A stretch of 64,000 nucleotides of DNA, taken from IMG/VR virus record IMGVR_UViG_3300029288_000060, positions 32,001-96,000 of that record. The stretch is one strand, 5' to 3'. The stretch comes from a virus. Its lineage: Duplodnaviria; Caudoviricetes. Each line of letters starts with the position of its first letter. The stretch's first letter is position 1. Both the position numbers and the translations under genes were made by a program. A model generated the notes under the pieces. That model was not told where the DNA came from and did not search any database. It worked only from the letters and a program-made list of their open reading frames with translations. Positions 18,594 through 29,026 of the stretch are shown one piece after another.

Positions 18594-20891
18594 ATGCCAA
18601 TATATAAAAGGACTAATGATAATCAAGGCAGAGTGGAATTAACTGGAGGCGACTTTTATAAAGCCTCTGGAGTTTTAAAAGATGTATTACATATAGTTAC
18701 CGCTGTCGAAGAAGCAAGTAGGATTATAGCCACTGGATTCCGTTATAATTTAGGTATCAATGAGTTAGAAGTATATCTAAATGGACAAGTCTTAAGATGT
18801 AAAGAAAATAAACTAGGAACTGATTATGGGGATTATACAGAGACTACCAATTTTTCAGTTACATTTGAAACTGGAGTTATTCATGAAGATGACCAATTAA
18901 GATTTAGGGTAACAGCAAATGGATATGATACAAGTAGTTCTAATAATGCAAATTTAAATCAATTAGCAAAAGATTTATATGGTAGAGATGTTACTTCAGG
19001 TCTTTTAAGAGGAAATGGTTTATTCTTAGGCGGGTCAGTTATAAATGCAATTACATATGGAAATAATAATGATTCTATTTATGGATATAGACATGAAGGA
19101 ACCATAGAAAATGCTTTAGCAGATATTGGTCTTGTAGATCAAAGAACTTTATATATTCCAAGAGGAACTTGGAGAATTAGTCCAGCAACATTTAATTTGA
19201 CTATTCCATCAAATGTTTGTTTAAAAGTTGATAATGGAACTATATTACAAATTGATAACGCCTGTGTCTTAGAAATTAATGGTCGATTTGATGCAGGTTT
19301 ATATCAAGTATTTGATTGTGTAGGAAATGGAAAAGTAATATTTGGAGCTCAAAGCATAGAAGGAACGTATCCGCAATGGTTTGGAGCTATTGGAGATGGA
19401 ATAACAGATGATTCTGACAGCCTTATTAATACATGTTATTCTGTTTCTGGCATAGAAGGGTTGGTATTGATACCCTCTGGTACAGATCTTAGAATAACAA
19501 AATCTATAACAACTGGGCCTATAAGTATTGTTGGTTTAGGTCAGAGAGGAAGCAGTCGTATAATCGTAGATTTTGACGGAACTGGATTAACAGCTGATAC
19601 ATTAACAAAATTTGAAATAAGAAATATGACAATTGCTGGCGAGAATCTTTCATATACATTACCTACAACTATAAATAAAATAGGTTTATATATAGCAGAA
19701 ACTCATAATTATATAGTAGAAAATTGTTTATTCAATAATTTGAATATTGCAATAGACATTTATGGTGGGTGTTATTTTGGAGTAGTAGAAAAATGTAAAT
19801 TTAGACAAAATTATAAATCATTTCATGCATCATGTCATGCTGGATATCCAGTTAGTGGAATCAATTTCCTATATAACGATATAGACGGTTGGCCTGCATC
19901 AATGGGGGGACCAAGTACTACAATTGGTATGCATATAGAAGGAAACGCATTATGCGGAATAATAAATGCAAAAGTAATTGGGAATGGGTTTCAAAATTTA
20001 AATCAAGGAATATATTTAGTTTATACATATAAATCACTATTTGAAGCAAACTGGTTTGAAGATAATAAGGTTCATATAACCGATGGTGGTGATATACACG
20101 TATTCGGAAATGTAGTATTAGGTGGAGAAATTGCAGACCCAGTTCCAGCACTTATTGCAATAACTGGGGTATCACAATCAAACCCTGCGGTGGTTACGGC
20201 GTCAGTATCTGGGTTAACGAATGGTGACAGAATATTAATTAAAAATGTTAACGGAATGTATCAATTAAATGGAAACACTTATACAGTTGCCAATATAAAT
20301 GTAGGCGCAGGAACTTTTGAATTATCCGGAATAAATAGTACTGCATATGCAGCTTATACAAGTAGTGGTCATTACATGATAAAAAGAATTGATTTTACGC
20401 TTCCATCATGGAATTTAGTAATTGCTCCTACTTGTACAAATACCTATCATGGTATACCAATGACTTTAGGAGAGGATGGTAATTTAAGACTTGGTTATAT
20501 GCAATATTGTGGTTTAATGAAGGAAACATCAGGATTAGGGTTAGCATATGGAAATGATAAAATAGAATTTCAAGTTGCTGATCCAACATTACATCATGGT
20601 TCTTGGAAAATTGAAGGAAGTTATGATACTGGTACTGGTAATCCTCAATTAGATGTTGTTTGTAGGAATAATACTATTCCATTTGCAAGTTATTCTAATA
20701 TTACTATAAAACCCAGAAATATAACCTTCAGAGACTTTTTAGGAACTGAAATACTGTATGGAACTACAAATGGAATTACTGTTCCAAAGTTAGCTGCAGA
20801 TCCTGCCATTCTTGAAGGTTCTATTTATTATAATACAACAACTCATAAACATAGAGGGTGTGATAATGCTGCTTGGCATGATTTATATTAA
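18594..20891 (+). CDS. tailspike/depolymerase (beta-helix) with inserted FCCH-like beta domain
   Basis: YPQWFGAIGDGITDDS; N-terminal ~120 aa shared with 22641. Confidence 0.8.
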   Translation: MPIYKRTNDNQGRVELTGGDFYKASGVLKDVLHIVTAVEEASRIIATGFRYNLGINELEVYLNGQVLRCKENKLGTDYGDYTETTNFSVTFETGVIHEDDQLRFRVTANGYDTSSSNNANLNQLAKDLYGRDVTSGLLRGNGLFLGGSVINAITYGNNNDSIYGYRHEGTIENALADIGLVDQRTLYIPRGTWRISPATFNLTIPSNVCLKVDNGTILQIDNACVLEINGRFDAGLYQVFDCVGNGKVIFGAQSIEGTYPQWFGAIGDGITDDSDSLINTCYSVSGIEGLVLIPSGTDLRITKSITTGPISIVGLGQRGSSRIIVDFDGTGLTADTLTKFEIRNMTIAGENLSYTLPTTINKIGLYIAETHNYIVENCLFNNLNIAIDIYGGCYFGVVEKCKFRQNYKSFHASCHAGYPVSGINFLYNDIDGWPASMGGPSTTIGMHIEGNALCGIINAKVIGNGFQNLNQGIYLVYTYKSLFEANWFEDNKVHITDGGDIHVFGNVVLGGEIADPVPALIAITGVSQSNPAVVTASVSGLTNGDRILIKNVNGMYQLNGNTYTVANINVGAGTFELSGINSTAYAAYTSSGHYMIKRIDFTLPSWNLVIAPTCTNTYHGIPMTLGEDGNLRLGYMQYCGLMKETSGLGLAYGNDKIEFQVADPTLHHGSWKIEGSYDTGTGNPQLDVVCRNNTIPFASYSNITIKPRNITFRDFLGTEILYGTTNGITVPKLAADPAILEGSIYYNTTTHKHRGCDNAAWHDLY

Positions 20892-20928
20892 ATTTAGTTA
20901 TTTTACTTAAATATAAAAAAGGAAAACT

Positions 20929-22611
20929 ATGTCACATAACTATAAAAAAAATGAATTAACAACTGGATTTACTCTTAAAGGTGGAGTTACCAATGAAAAA
21001 ATTTTAACCATAGATGAGAATTTATCATCTGATAATTTAATAACTTCCATTCATTCAAAACAATTAAGTCAAGGAATAACATCCGAAAGATATTCTGCTT
21101 CTTCCGGAACTGGTATTTATGTTCCTGATGATGTAAATGTTGATTTAGGTTCTAGAGATTATACTTTAGTATGGAAAGGAAGTATTCCTGACATTGACTC
21201 AACAAATGATAAAGTTTTAATACTAAAGCATACACCTACAACTTATGCAGATTATTGGTATTTGTCTATATGTCAGGCACCTGGAGTCAATTTAGGTAAA
21301 TTAATGACATATTTTAATGGTTCAACCGTTGCAGTAACATGTTACTCAGATGATGTAGTTCCTTTTCAAGATAATACTATACATGAAATAGGGGTTGTGG
21401 TAGTCAGAGAAATATCTGGAGTTTTTGATGGTTCAATTACATTTTATATTGATGGAATTCAATTTGGAAGCAGCACTGCCATAAACAAATCAATTGCTGG
21501 GGCTGGAGAATCTCTTGATAATACAGGTGATTTAAATACATTAGGTTCAATGGCAAGCCAATGTCAAGGAACTGTTTTACATACTTATATTTTTAATCGA
21601 GCATTAACCTCAGATGAAATGTTAAGTCTTTATCATAATGGAATAGATAATGCCGACAAGTGGGGAAGTCAGACAGCTAAATATACCAGTGATTTTAGTG
21701 CAGGTGTTGATGGTTGGGGAGCTACATCAAATGTAACTATTGATGGAAATATAGATGGTATTGGCGGTGAGGATAATTGGTTAAGAATTACAGGTTCAGC
21801 AGCATTAGGAACACATTATACTCAAAAGAATGGTACATTTGTTATAAATAAACGATATAGAGTAACTGGAACTTATTATTTTCCATCCGGTTTACCTAAT
21901 GCTGATGGAATAGGAATATGTTTTGGAAGTTTAAATGCACCATATGTTAGTGTAATAACTCCTATTTTTGATACAGTAACAAACTTTTGCGTTGAAAACA
22001 TAGCATTCAATATAAATTATCAAATAACAATGTTAAAAAACGGTGCAATATCTTTTACTACCACCACAAGTGATATTATTTATATTAAAAATTTAGTATA
22101 TACTGAAATCGGCGCTACCTTAGCTCTTGAACCAGAAGGAATTCAACATGATAAATGGTATGACAGTTCAAGCAATGGACTAAAAGCAACTTATCCAGCC
22201 GCAGGTTGGGCTATGTTAAAAACTCCGATAAGACATAATAAACAACAAATAACTCCAGCTAATTATGATGCAGATCAAACATTAACCATAGCCGAATTGT
22301 TAAATGGAATAATTACAAGAACTACATCATCTGGAGCAAATATAACATTTACATTACCGACTGGATCATTAACAGAACTTGCAAGTAATTTCTCAATAGG
22401 ATCTTATTTTGATTGGTCCATAATAAATAAATCAACAACTTCTGCAGGTGACACGGTAACTGTTGCAGCAGCCGCAAGTGGACATACAGTCGTAGGGAAT
22501 ATGGTTGTTCAATCTCAACATTCAAGTACAGGTCAAATTTATGGAAGTTCTGGAAGATTTAGAACTGTAAAAACTGCTTTAAATACATTTGTAACATATA
22601 GAATGGCCTAA
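20929..22611 (+). CDS. LamG/concanavalin-like virion fibre protein, paralog C
   Basis: Same conserved blocks as 11523 and 15646. Confidence 0.8.
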   Translation: MSHNYKKNELTTGFTLKGGVTNEKILTIDENLSSDNLITSIHSKQLSQGITSERYSASSGTGIYVPDDVNVDLGSRDYTLVWKGSIPDIDSTNDKVLILKHTPTTYADYWYLSICQAPGVNLGKLMTYFNGSTVAVTCYSDDVVPFQDNTIHEIGVVVVREISGVFDGSITFYIDGIQFGSSTAINKSIAGAGESLDNTGDLNTLGSMASQCQGTVLHTYIFNRALTSDEMLSLYHNGIDNADKWGSQTAKYTSDFSAGVDGWGATSNVTIDGNIDGIGGEDNWLRITGSAALGTHYTQKNGTFVINKRYRVTGTYYFPSGLPNADGIGICFGSLNAPYVSVITPIFDTVTNFCVENIAFNINYQITMLKNGAISFTTTTSDIIYIKNLVYTEIGATLALEPEGIQHDKWYDSSSNGLKATYPAAGWAMLKTPIRHNKQQITPANYDADQTLTIAELLNGIITRTTSSGANITFTLPTGSLTELASNFSIGSYFDWSIINKSTTSAGDTVTVAAAASGHTVVGNMVVQSQHSSTGQIYGSSGRFRTVKTALNTFVTYRMA

Positions 22612-22640
22612 TTTAATCTAAAGTAAGGAGATAAAAATAA

Positions 22641-25145
22641 ATGCCTTTTTTAACTAAAACTACAAACAAGATTCAAGCCACTCCAACTGGTGCAGACTTT
22701 AATAATCCCAGTCCAGTATTAAAAGATATTTTACATATAGTTACTCCCGCTGAAGAAATATCTAAAATTATTGTACTTCCTTTTCAATATGATATTGGGA
22801 TTTATTCTTTAGAGGTATATGTTAATGGGCATTTTAAAAGAAGTATACAAACTATAGATGGAACTCAATATGGAGATTATACTGAAAATACTAATTTTTC
22901 AGTTACCTTTGAAACTGGAGTAATTTTAACAGGTTATCAAGTTAGGTTTAGAGTAACCGCAAATAGTTATGATTATAGTTCAAGAAATAATAATAATATT
23001 GAACAATTATCAAGAACTATTTATGGAAGAGAATCTTCAGAAATGTTAAGAGGCACTGCAGTTGGTTATGGAGTGACTGAAGTTAATGCATTAGCATATG
23101 GAAGTGCATATGATGATGTAACCATACAAGCTGCAATTAATGGAATTGGAAGTGACGAAAGAACTTTAATAATTCCAATCGGAACATGGAGTATAGATTC
23201 TGACATTACAGTTCCTGAGAATATTAATTTAAAGATAGTTAAAGGAGCTATATTAACAATTACAACAGGAATAACCTTAACAATTAATGGATCATTTGAA
23301 GCAGGTTTATATCAAGTATTTGATTGTGTAGGAACAGGAACTGTTTATAATTTAAAATTAGTATATCCTGAATGGTTTGGAGCCTTAGGAGATAATGTTA
23401 ATGATGATTCTGATGCATTTAATGCTTCAAATGATGCTTTACCAACATCAGGTGGAGTTATTCAATTAGAAAGTAGAACCTATTATCTTATTACAAAAAT
23501 GACTGTTACCAAACCTATTTCTATATTAGGAAAAGGTCCAAATAAAACATTTATTAGAAGTGCAAAAAGACAAGCTCCAAATGGAAATTATTCTTCGTCA
23601 ACTGCAATTTATGCAAATGGTATAGATGGACTTAGAATAAGTGGAATTACTTTTGATGGGGATGTTACAACATTTGTGAATGTTGATGCAGATGACTCAT
23701 GGATGCAATCACCAATCGAGATTGTGTCTAGTTCAAATATAATAATTGAAGATTGTAATTTTACTAAATGGTTTTCAGGATTACCAGCAACTATTGCAGA
23801 TGCTACATATAAAGTTGGTGCAATATTTATTTATACTTGTGAACATATTATAATTGATAATGTTGAGCATATTTCAACTATATCAAGTCCTTCTTATGGT
23901 GATTGTTTAATGGCGATTGATGTTGTTGATATTTGTGTTGAAGGACTCACACAAACTTTTGCTACAAATAATGCCACTCCAATAAATATTTGGGGGGAAC
24001 ATACACAAGGTGTTATTATTAAAGATTTTAACATAGAAAATAATGCAGGAAGTGCAATCAATTTAGGCGGTCTGGGGGATTTTCAAATTTTAGGAGGCAG
24101 AATAACTAGTGGCAAAGGAATTGATTTGTCTAACGAATCTATGTGGAGTCAATATCTAACTCATCCAAATATGTATAATGTATTAATACATGGAACATCT
24201 TTTGTAGATTGTGCTGACTCATTTATAGTAATAGGTGATATGAGATCAGGTCAAGCAGTATCAAGTCACGACATTATTGTTTCTGGAGTTACAGTTCGTG
24301 CAACAACTGGTTTTCAACCAAAATATATAGTAGTGGGAAATGCAGACCATGCTTTAATCAATGGTAATAGTCTTAATGGTGGCGGCGTTCAAGTATCATA
24401 TTGTAGAGAAACCACAATTATTGGTAATATATTGAATGGCAGATATTATTCAGGAGCAGGTCAAGAAAACGGAATTAAAATATGGACTAGGAGTGATCAT
24501 GCTGAAGAATTTGATATTTTAATTAAAGAAAATACTATTATGAACTGGGAGGATGGTCCTATTGTAGTAAATACTTTCTTTGATTCTAATTATACAAATG
24601 TTAGTATTATTAATAATGATTTTATTCAACGTATTGCTCCAACATCTGGACAATATATAACAATAGTCAATCCATTATATGCTCTAAATGTATTAACTAT
24701 TATAGGAAATAGAGTAAATAATCTTGATTATGTTCCCATGATTGGAACTGATATTGAAATGTATTATACCACTCTTAACTTGGGAACAGGACAATCTTAT
24801 GTTGGTTCTTTTACAAGAGATATTGCTACAGCATCTGGTAATCAAACTATATCAGGTGTAGGATTCAGACCCAGAATGATATTTTTTCATGTTGCTCAAG
24901 ATGATGGTAATGTAGCATCTTGGGGGTTTTGTGATTCTGCAGCATCAGGGTCTACTTTTAATAAAGACACCGTTTTGGCAGGAACTTTTGGTTATAATGC
25001 AAGTTTAATTAAAGTTGTAAAAGGAGCTGCAGACACATATACTGGTGTATTATCAACATTTAATGATGATGGCTTTGTTATTTCATGGACAAAAGCAGGT
25101 TCACCAACTGGGACAATAACTTGCAGTTATATAGCTATTAAATAG
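22641..25145 (+). CDS. tailspike/depolymerase (beta-helix)
   Basis: YPEWFGALGDNVNDDSDAFN; C-terminal SGNQTISGVGFRPR...DDGFVISWTK domain. Confidence 0.8.
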   Translation: MPFLTKTTNKIQATPTGADFNNPSPVLKDILHIVTPAEEISKIIVLPFQYDIGIYSLEVYVNGHFKRSIQTIDGTQYGDYTENTNFSVTFETGVILTGYQVRFRVTANSYDYSSRNNNNIEQLSRTIYGRESSEMLRGTAVGYGVTEVNALAYGSAYDDVTIQAAINGIGSDERTLIIPIGTWSIDSDITVPENINLKIVKGAILTITTGITLTINGSFEAGLYQVFDCVGTGTVYNLKLVYPEWFGALGDNVNDDSDAFNASNDALPTSGGVIQLESRTYYLITKMTVTKPISILGKGPNKTFIRSAKRQAPNGNYSSSTAIYANGIDGLRISGITFDGDVTTFVNVDADDSWMQSPIEIVSSSNIIIEDCNFTKWFSGLPATIADATYKVGAIFIYTCEHIIIDNVEHISTISSPSYGDCLMAIDVVDICVEGLTQTFATNNATPINIWGEHTQGVIIKDFNIENNAGSAINLGGLGDFQILGGRITSGKGIDLSNESMWSQYLTHPNMYNVLIHGTSFVDCADSFIVIGDMRSGQAVSSHDIIVSGVTVRATTGFQPKYIVVGNADHALINGNSLNGGGVQVSYCRETTIIGNILNGRYYSGAGQENGIKIWTRSDHAEEFDILIKENTIMNWEDGPIVVNTFFDSNYTNVSIINNDFIQRIAPTSGQYITIVNPLYALNVLTIIGNRVNNLDYVPMIGTDIEMYYTTLNLGTGQSYVGSFTRDIATASGNQTISGVGFRPRMIFFHVAQDDGNVASWGFCDSAASGSTFNKDTVLAGTFGYNASLIKVVKGAADTYTGVLSTFNDDGFVISWTKAGSPTGTITCSYIAIK

Positions 25146-25161
25146 AAAGGAATAATTCCAT

Positions 25162-25764
25162 ATGCTAACAAAACTTCAGTCAATATTTCCAGGTACTAAA
25201 ACTTCTGTATTAGAATTATATGTAGATCCATTAATTAATACATTTGATAAGTATGATATTAATACTTCTTTAAGACAGGCTGGTTTTATTGCACAAGTTG
25301 GGCATGAATCTTCTGGTTTAAGAATAATTAAAGAGAATCTAAATTATTCAGCAAGTGGGTTAAAATCTGTCTTTAAGAAGTATTTTCCTGGTGATTTAGC
25401 CTATGAATATGCGAGAAATCCAGAAATGATTGCAAATCGAGTTTATGCTAATAGAATGGGTAACGGAGATGAAGAATCAGGAGACGGATGGAGATATAGA
25501 GGAAGAGGATTAATTCAAATAACAGGAAAGAATAATTATTCTGATTTAGTAAATGAATTTAATATGAATTTAGAAGATGTTCCTGACTGGTTAGAAACTC
25601 CAGAAGGTGCTACATTAAGTGCTGGATGGTTTTGGAATAGTCGAGGATTAAATGAATATGCAGACATGGAAGATATAATTGAGATGACTAAATTAATTAA
25701 TGGTGGATTAAATGGAATAGATGATAGGGAGGCTATTTATAAAAAATCTTTAACTGTTTTTTAA
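25162..25764 (+). CDS. glycoside hydrolase family 19 endolysin
   Basis: FIAQVGHES, ENLNYS, YRGRGLIQITGKNNY, INGGLNG motifs. Confidence 0.92.
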   Translation: MLTKLQSIFPGTKTSVLELYVDPLINTFDKYDINTSLRQAGFIAQVGHESSGLRIIKENLNYSASGLKSVFKKYFPGDLAYEYARNPEMIANRVYANRMGNGDEESGDGWRYRGRGLIQITGKNNYSDLVNEFNMNLEDVPDWLETPEGATLSAGWFWNSRGLNEYADMEDIIEMTKLINGGLNGIDDREAIYKKSLTVF

Positions 25765-25791
25765 AAATTAAATTGGGGGACAATTTAAATT

Positions 25792-25941
25792 ATGATGGGA
25801 TTTTACCAAGAGTTTAAAAAATTAATCTATTTGTTTATTCTAATTCTTATACTTGTTTTTATTCTAGGAGTATTAATGAGTTTAGCTGTTCCAAAATTAT
25901 GGATTATTGTTAAACCAATTATTCATCAATTAACTATGTAG
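25792..25941 (+). CDS. 49-aa single-TM protein, lysis cassette (not in ORF track)
   Basis: MMGFYQEFKKLIYLFILILILVFILGVLMSLAVPKLWIIVKPIIHQLTM. Confidence 0.5.
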   Translation: MMGFYQEFKKLIYLFILILILVFILGVLMSLAVPKLWIIVKPIIHQLTM

Positions 25942-25953
25942 GAGAAATATTAT

Positions 25954-26271
25954 ATGGCATCAAAAACTAAAAAAAATAAGGGTTATATATTTGATAAAGA
26001 ATCACTGACTATACGTGGTTCTGCGGTTAACTTATTTTTCACTGCTGTACTTATTTTTTTGATAGCATATGGTGCATTTAGTGCAAAAGTTGCATCTAAT
26101 CTTAAATCATTAGAAACATTAATTATTGGGGTTTATGCAATTTCTTTTGGAGTATGGCAAGGAAAGAAACTTATTGAAAATAGAACTAATGGAAATTGTA
26201 ATAACAATAATTCAGATGAAGTAGAGAAAATGAGAGAACGAGATAGGAAAGATAGAGGGTTGGAGGATTAA
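25954..26271 (+). CDS. putative holin
   Basis: Two TM segments, charged C-terminus, follows endolysin. Confidence 0.6.
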   Translation: MASKTKKNKGYIFDKESLTIRGSAVNLFFTAVLIFLIAYGAFSAKVASNLKSLETLIIGVYAISFGVWQGKKLIENRTNGNCNNNNSDEVEKMRERDRKDRGLED

Positions 26272-26272
26272 T

Positions 26273-26629
26273 ATGATAGGAAATATTATTAAATATAAAT
26301 GGTTTATATTAGCTGGGGTAATACTAATAGCTTTCATATTTATAGCATATACATATGGTTCTTATCATCCAAGTCCAAATAGTGCGGTAATTCAAGAATA
26401 CGTTAAAACTAAATTAAACGAGGAAAAAACGAAGTATAATGAGTTAATTAAAAAGAAAAATGAGCAAATAATTCAATTGAATAAAGATTTAGAAAAGAGT
26501 CAGAAGGTTGTAAATCAGAAACAAACTGAGATTAGAAATTTAAAAAATCAAATGACTAATATTAAAGCTCCACAAAACTTAACCGAAATTAGACAAAGAT
26601 TAAATGCTTTAGGATACCCAACTAAGTAA
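26273..26629 (+). CDS. putative spanin-like protein (N-terminal TM plus coiled coil)
   Basis: i-spanin architecture in lysis cassette. Confidence 0.5.
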   Translation: MIGNIIKYKWFILAGVILIAFIFIAYTYGSYHPSPNSAVIQEYVKTKLNEEKTKYNELIKKKNEQIIQLNKDLEKSQKVVNQKQTEIRNLKNQMTNIKAPQNLTEIRQRLNALGYPTK

Positions 26630-26641
26630 AGGAGATAAAAA

Positions 26642-27085
26642 ATGTCTTTCAGCCCAGAATTAAAAAGTATATTGGATAAACTTGCTACAAAAATGGCAAA
26701 ATTACATACTACAGATTCAATGGCAGATACACTGAAATTAAAGGTTCAGGCACATTTTTATAGTCTAAAAAATGATGCAATGAAGAAAGGTGATAAGCTA
26801 AGACTCAACAAACTAAAACAGAGAGAAAAAAAGTTTATTGATAGAATTAATAATGGAATAAAAAATAGAAAAATAAAACTTAGTAATGAAATAAATGAAC
26901 TATCTAAGAAAGCTAAAGAAATGTCTGGTAAAGAATTGGCTGCTAAGGTTAAAATGGGAAAGACATCAATGAAAAAACCAGTTCTTATTGGTGCTGGGGT
27001 TATAGCAGCTGCTTTGGCGTCAGCATATGCTTTAGCTAAAGCTAAGCAAAAGAAAAGAATAGAACAATTAAAAAAGAAAAAATGA
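26642..27085 (+). CDS. basic protein with C-terminal Ala/Gly-rich hydrophobic helix
   Basis: VLIGAGVIAAALASAYALAK; resembles N-half of 34495. Confidence 0.55.
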   Translation: MSFSPELKSILDKLATKMAKLHTTDSMADTLKLKVQAHFYSLKNDAMKKGDKLRLNKLKQREKKFIDRINNGIKNRKIKLSNEINELSKKAKEMSGKELAAKVKMGKTSMKKPVLIGAGVIAAALASAYALAKAKQKKRIEQLKKKK

Positions 27086-27507
27086 GGTCAACAAAAATGA
27101 AAACTAATAAACAAATCCTAATAATATTCTTCTTATCTATAATGTTTCTAATTCCTTTTACTATTAATGTTAATGCTCAAAATATTTGTTTTACTCAAGA
27201 AGATAGTAAAAGATTAGTAATTGAATTAGAAAGGGGTAGGTTAATAGAAAAGAATTTAATATTATTAGAACAGCAAAATCAAGAATTGGTAAAGCAAATT
27301 GAGATTCTTAAACAACAGAATCAATTATTACAAGAACAATTTCAAGCTGCAAATGAATTACTAAAGAAAAATGAAGAATTAAATAAACTTAGGATTGATG
27401 GTTTAGAAAATGATTTAAAGGAAGCTAAAAAACCAAGATGGGGAAGTTTATTTAGTTCATTTAGTTTAGGTGCTTTAAGTGCATTTGCAGTTATATTGTT
27501 ATTTTAA
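27082..27507 (+). CDS. signal peptide + coiled coil + C-terminal TM protein (spanin-like)
   Basis: VNA|Q signal cleavage, heptad Q/E/L-rich region, terminal hydrophobic helix. Confidence 0.5.
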   Translation: MRSTKMKTNKQILIIFFLSIMFLIPFTINVNAQNICFTQEDSKRLVIELERGRLIEKNLILLEQQNQELVKQIEILKQQNQLLQEQFQAANELLKKNEELNKLRIDGLENDLKEAKKPRWGSLFSSFSLGALSAFAVILLF

Positions 27508-27524
27508 AAGGAGACTAATATAGT

Positions 27525-28007
27525 ATGAATAAATTTAAATTAATTGTAACTACATTATGGGTTTATTGGTTATGTCCAGCATGGTCATTCATAATTAATC
27601 TGTTTTATTTTATTAAGTATATCAATAAATATAAGTATGTTCAATCTCAAAAAAATATGTTCAAAAAGATGAGTTTAAATCAAGTTATGAATATTTTTAA
27701 ATGGAAAGCAGATAAATTAAAAGATTGGATTCCATGGGTATATAATATAATAGTAAATGATTTATATGATGATTGTGATGGTGCTGCAATAATAGCAAAG
27801 TATTGGTATAAAGAAAATAATATACATTCAAGACTTGGATTTTTATATAATAATGATTTCTCTAAAGGACATTGTATTTGTATAAAAGAAGATAATACTG
27901 AGTTTATTTCTAATAATCAAATAATTAAAATAAAACCTATGTATTGGAAACAAGATATATTACGTTATTTTAATCATGAATATACTATATTATTTGAAAG
28001 ATTTTAA
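27525..28007 (+). CDS. transglutaminase-like Cys protease-fold protein with N-terminal TM
   Basis: DDCDGAA and GHCIC motifs. Confidence 0.5.
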   Translation: MNKFKLIVTTLWVYWLCPAWSFIINLFYFIKYINKYKYVQSQKNMFKKMSLNQVMNIFKWKADKLKDWIPWVYNIIVNDLYDDCDGAAIIAKYWYKENNIHSRLGFLYNNDFSKGHCICIKEDNTEFISNNQIIKIKPMYWKQDILRYFNHEYTILFERF

Positions 28008-28042
28008 ATAATTTTTAAAAACTTCCGATCTTACTATAATTA

Positions 28043-28058
28043 TTGAACAAAAATTAAA
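28043..28058 (+). promoter_or_regulatory. putative late promoter TTGAACAAAAATTAAA
   Basis: Motif copy upstream of 28208 operon. Confidence 0.55.
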
Positions 28059-28207
28059 TCAGAAGTAAACCCCACCAAATCTAATATCCGTAAATAGAGT
28101 TAAACGGATTATATAATATATAAACGGATATTTGTCAAAAAACTATCTATAAATCAAAAACAAACCATACAGTATCAAAAATTTTTTTCTAGGAGATCCA
28201 ACAAAAT

Positions 28208-28519
28208 ATGAAAGACACTAACTTAACAAGTATTAACAGACTTTCAAAAAGAATTTTAAAAGTTATGGAAAGTATCATCAGTGATAAAAATGAAACGTTG
28301 AATATGTTAATTGAAAGGTTAGAGTCTGACAATGATCCAAATCCGTCGGAATTATATTTGTTGGAATCTCTATATCAATTAAGAGAAAAGATATTGTTAA
28401 CTGAATCAAGGATAAATAACTATATTATAAATGAACAAAAAGAAACTCTATTAGGTAATAAATTAGATAACTTATATAAAAATACTCAATCAAAGGGAAC
28501 ATCAATTTTATTTGATTAA
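28208..28519 (+). CDS. hypothetical helical protein
   Basis: AGGAG RBS. Confidence 0.6.
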   Translation: MKDTNLTSINRLSKRILKVMESIISDKNETLNMLIERLESDNDPNPSELYLLESLYQLREKILLTESRINNYIINEQKETLLGNKLDNLYKNTQSKGTSILFD

Positions 28520-28535
28520 TAGAGGAATATAAAAA

Positions 28536-28991
28536 ATGGGCGATGAATTAAGTAAACAAGATTTATTTATATTGATGGATTCTTACAAAAATAATATACA
28601 GTTGAACACTACAATTTTAGAACAACAAAGACAGATATTAATAATGAATGATAATTTTATTGAAAAACAAAAAGATTTATGTGATTCAGTGGATAATTTA
28701 GTTGATAGATTATCGGAATGCTCAAAAATATTAATTGATAATCATGTAGTTTTAAATAGTTCTATAACTCATATGGAAACTTCAATTAGAACAACTTTAG
28801 AAACAATGGTAAATAAATTATTAATAGAGTCAAATACTAATTGTGCAAAATTAACTTTAGACCATTCTAAATTAAGTAATAAGATATATATAGCAATGGG
28901 AGGAATGGTAACAATAATTTTATCTATTATTGGTTTGATGATAACATTTTTAAACAAATTTCACTCACTTGCAATTTGTTCTGTAAAGTAA
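28536..28991 (+). CDS. coiled-coil protein with C-terminal TM
   Basis: IYIAMGGMVTIILSIIGLMITFL. Confidence 0.6.
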   Translation: MGDELSKQDLFILMDSYKNNIQLNTTILEQQRQILIMNDNFIEKQKDLCDSVDNLVDRLSECSKILIDNHVVLNSSITHMETSIRTTLETMVNKLLIESNTNCAKLTLDHSKLSNKIYIAMGGMVTIILSIIGLMITFLNKFHSLAICSVK

Positions 28992-29026
28992 TATTATCTC
29001 TTAAATCGTTTTTTAGTAGGAGAAAA

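Noticed and set aside
7793-25145. Invertase shufflon or DGR driving fibre variation
   Set aside because: All genes co-oriented and full length with own RBS; no recombinase/RT or inverted crossover sites seen in the window.
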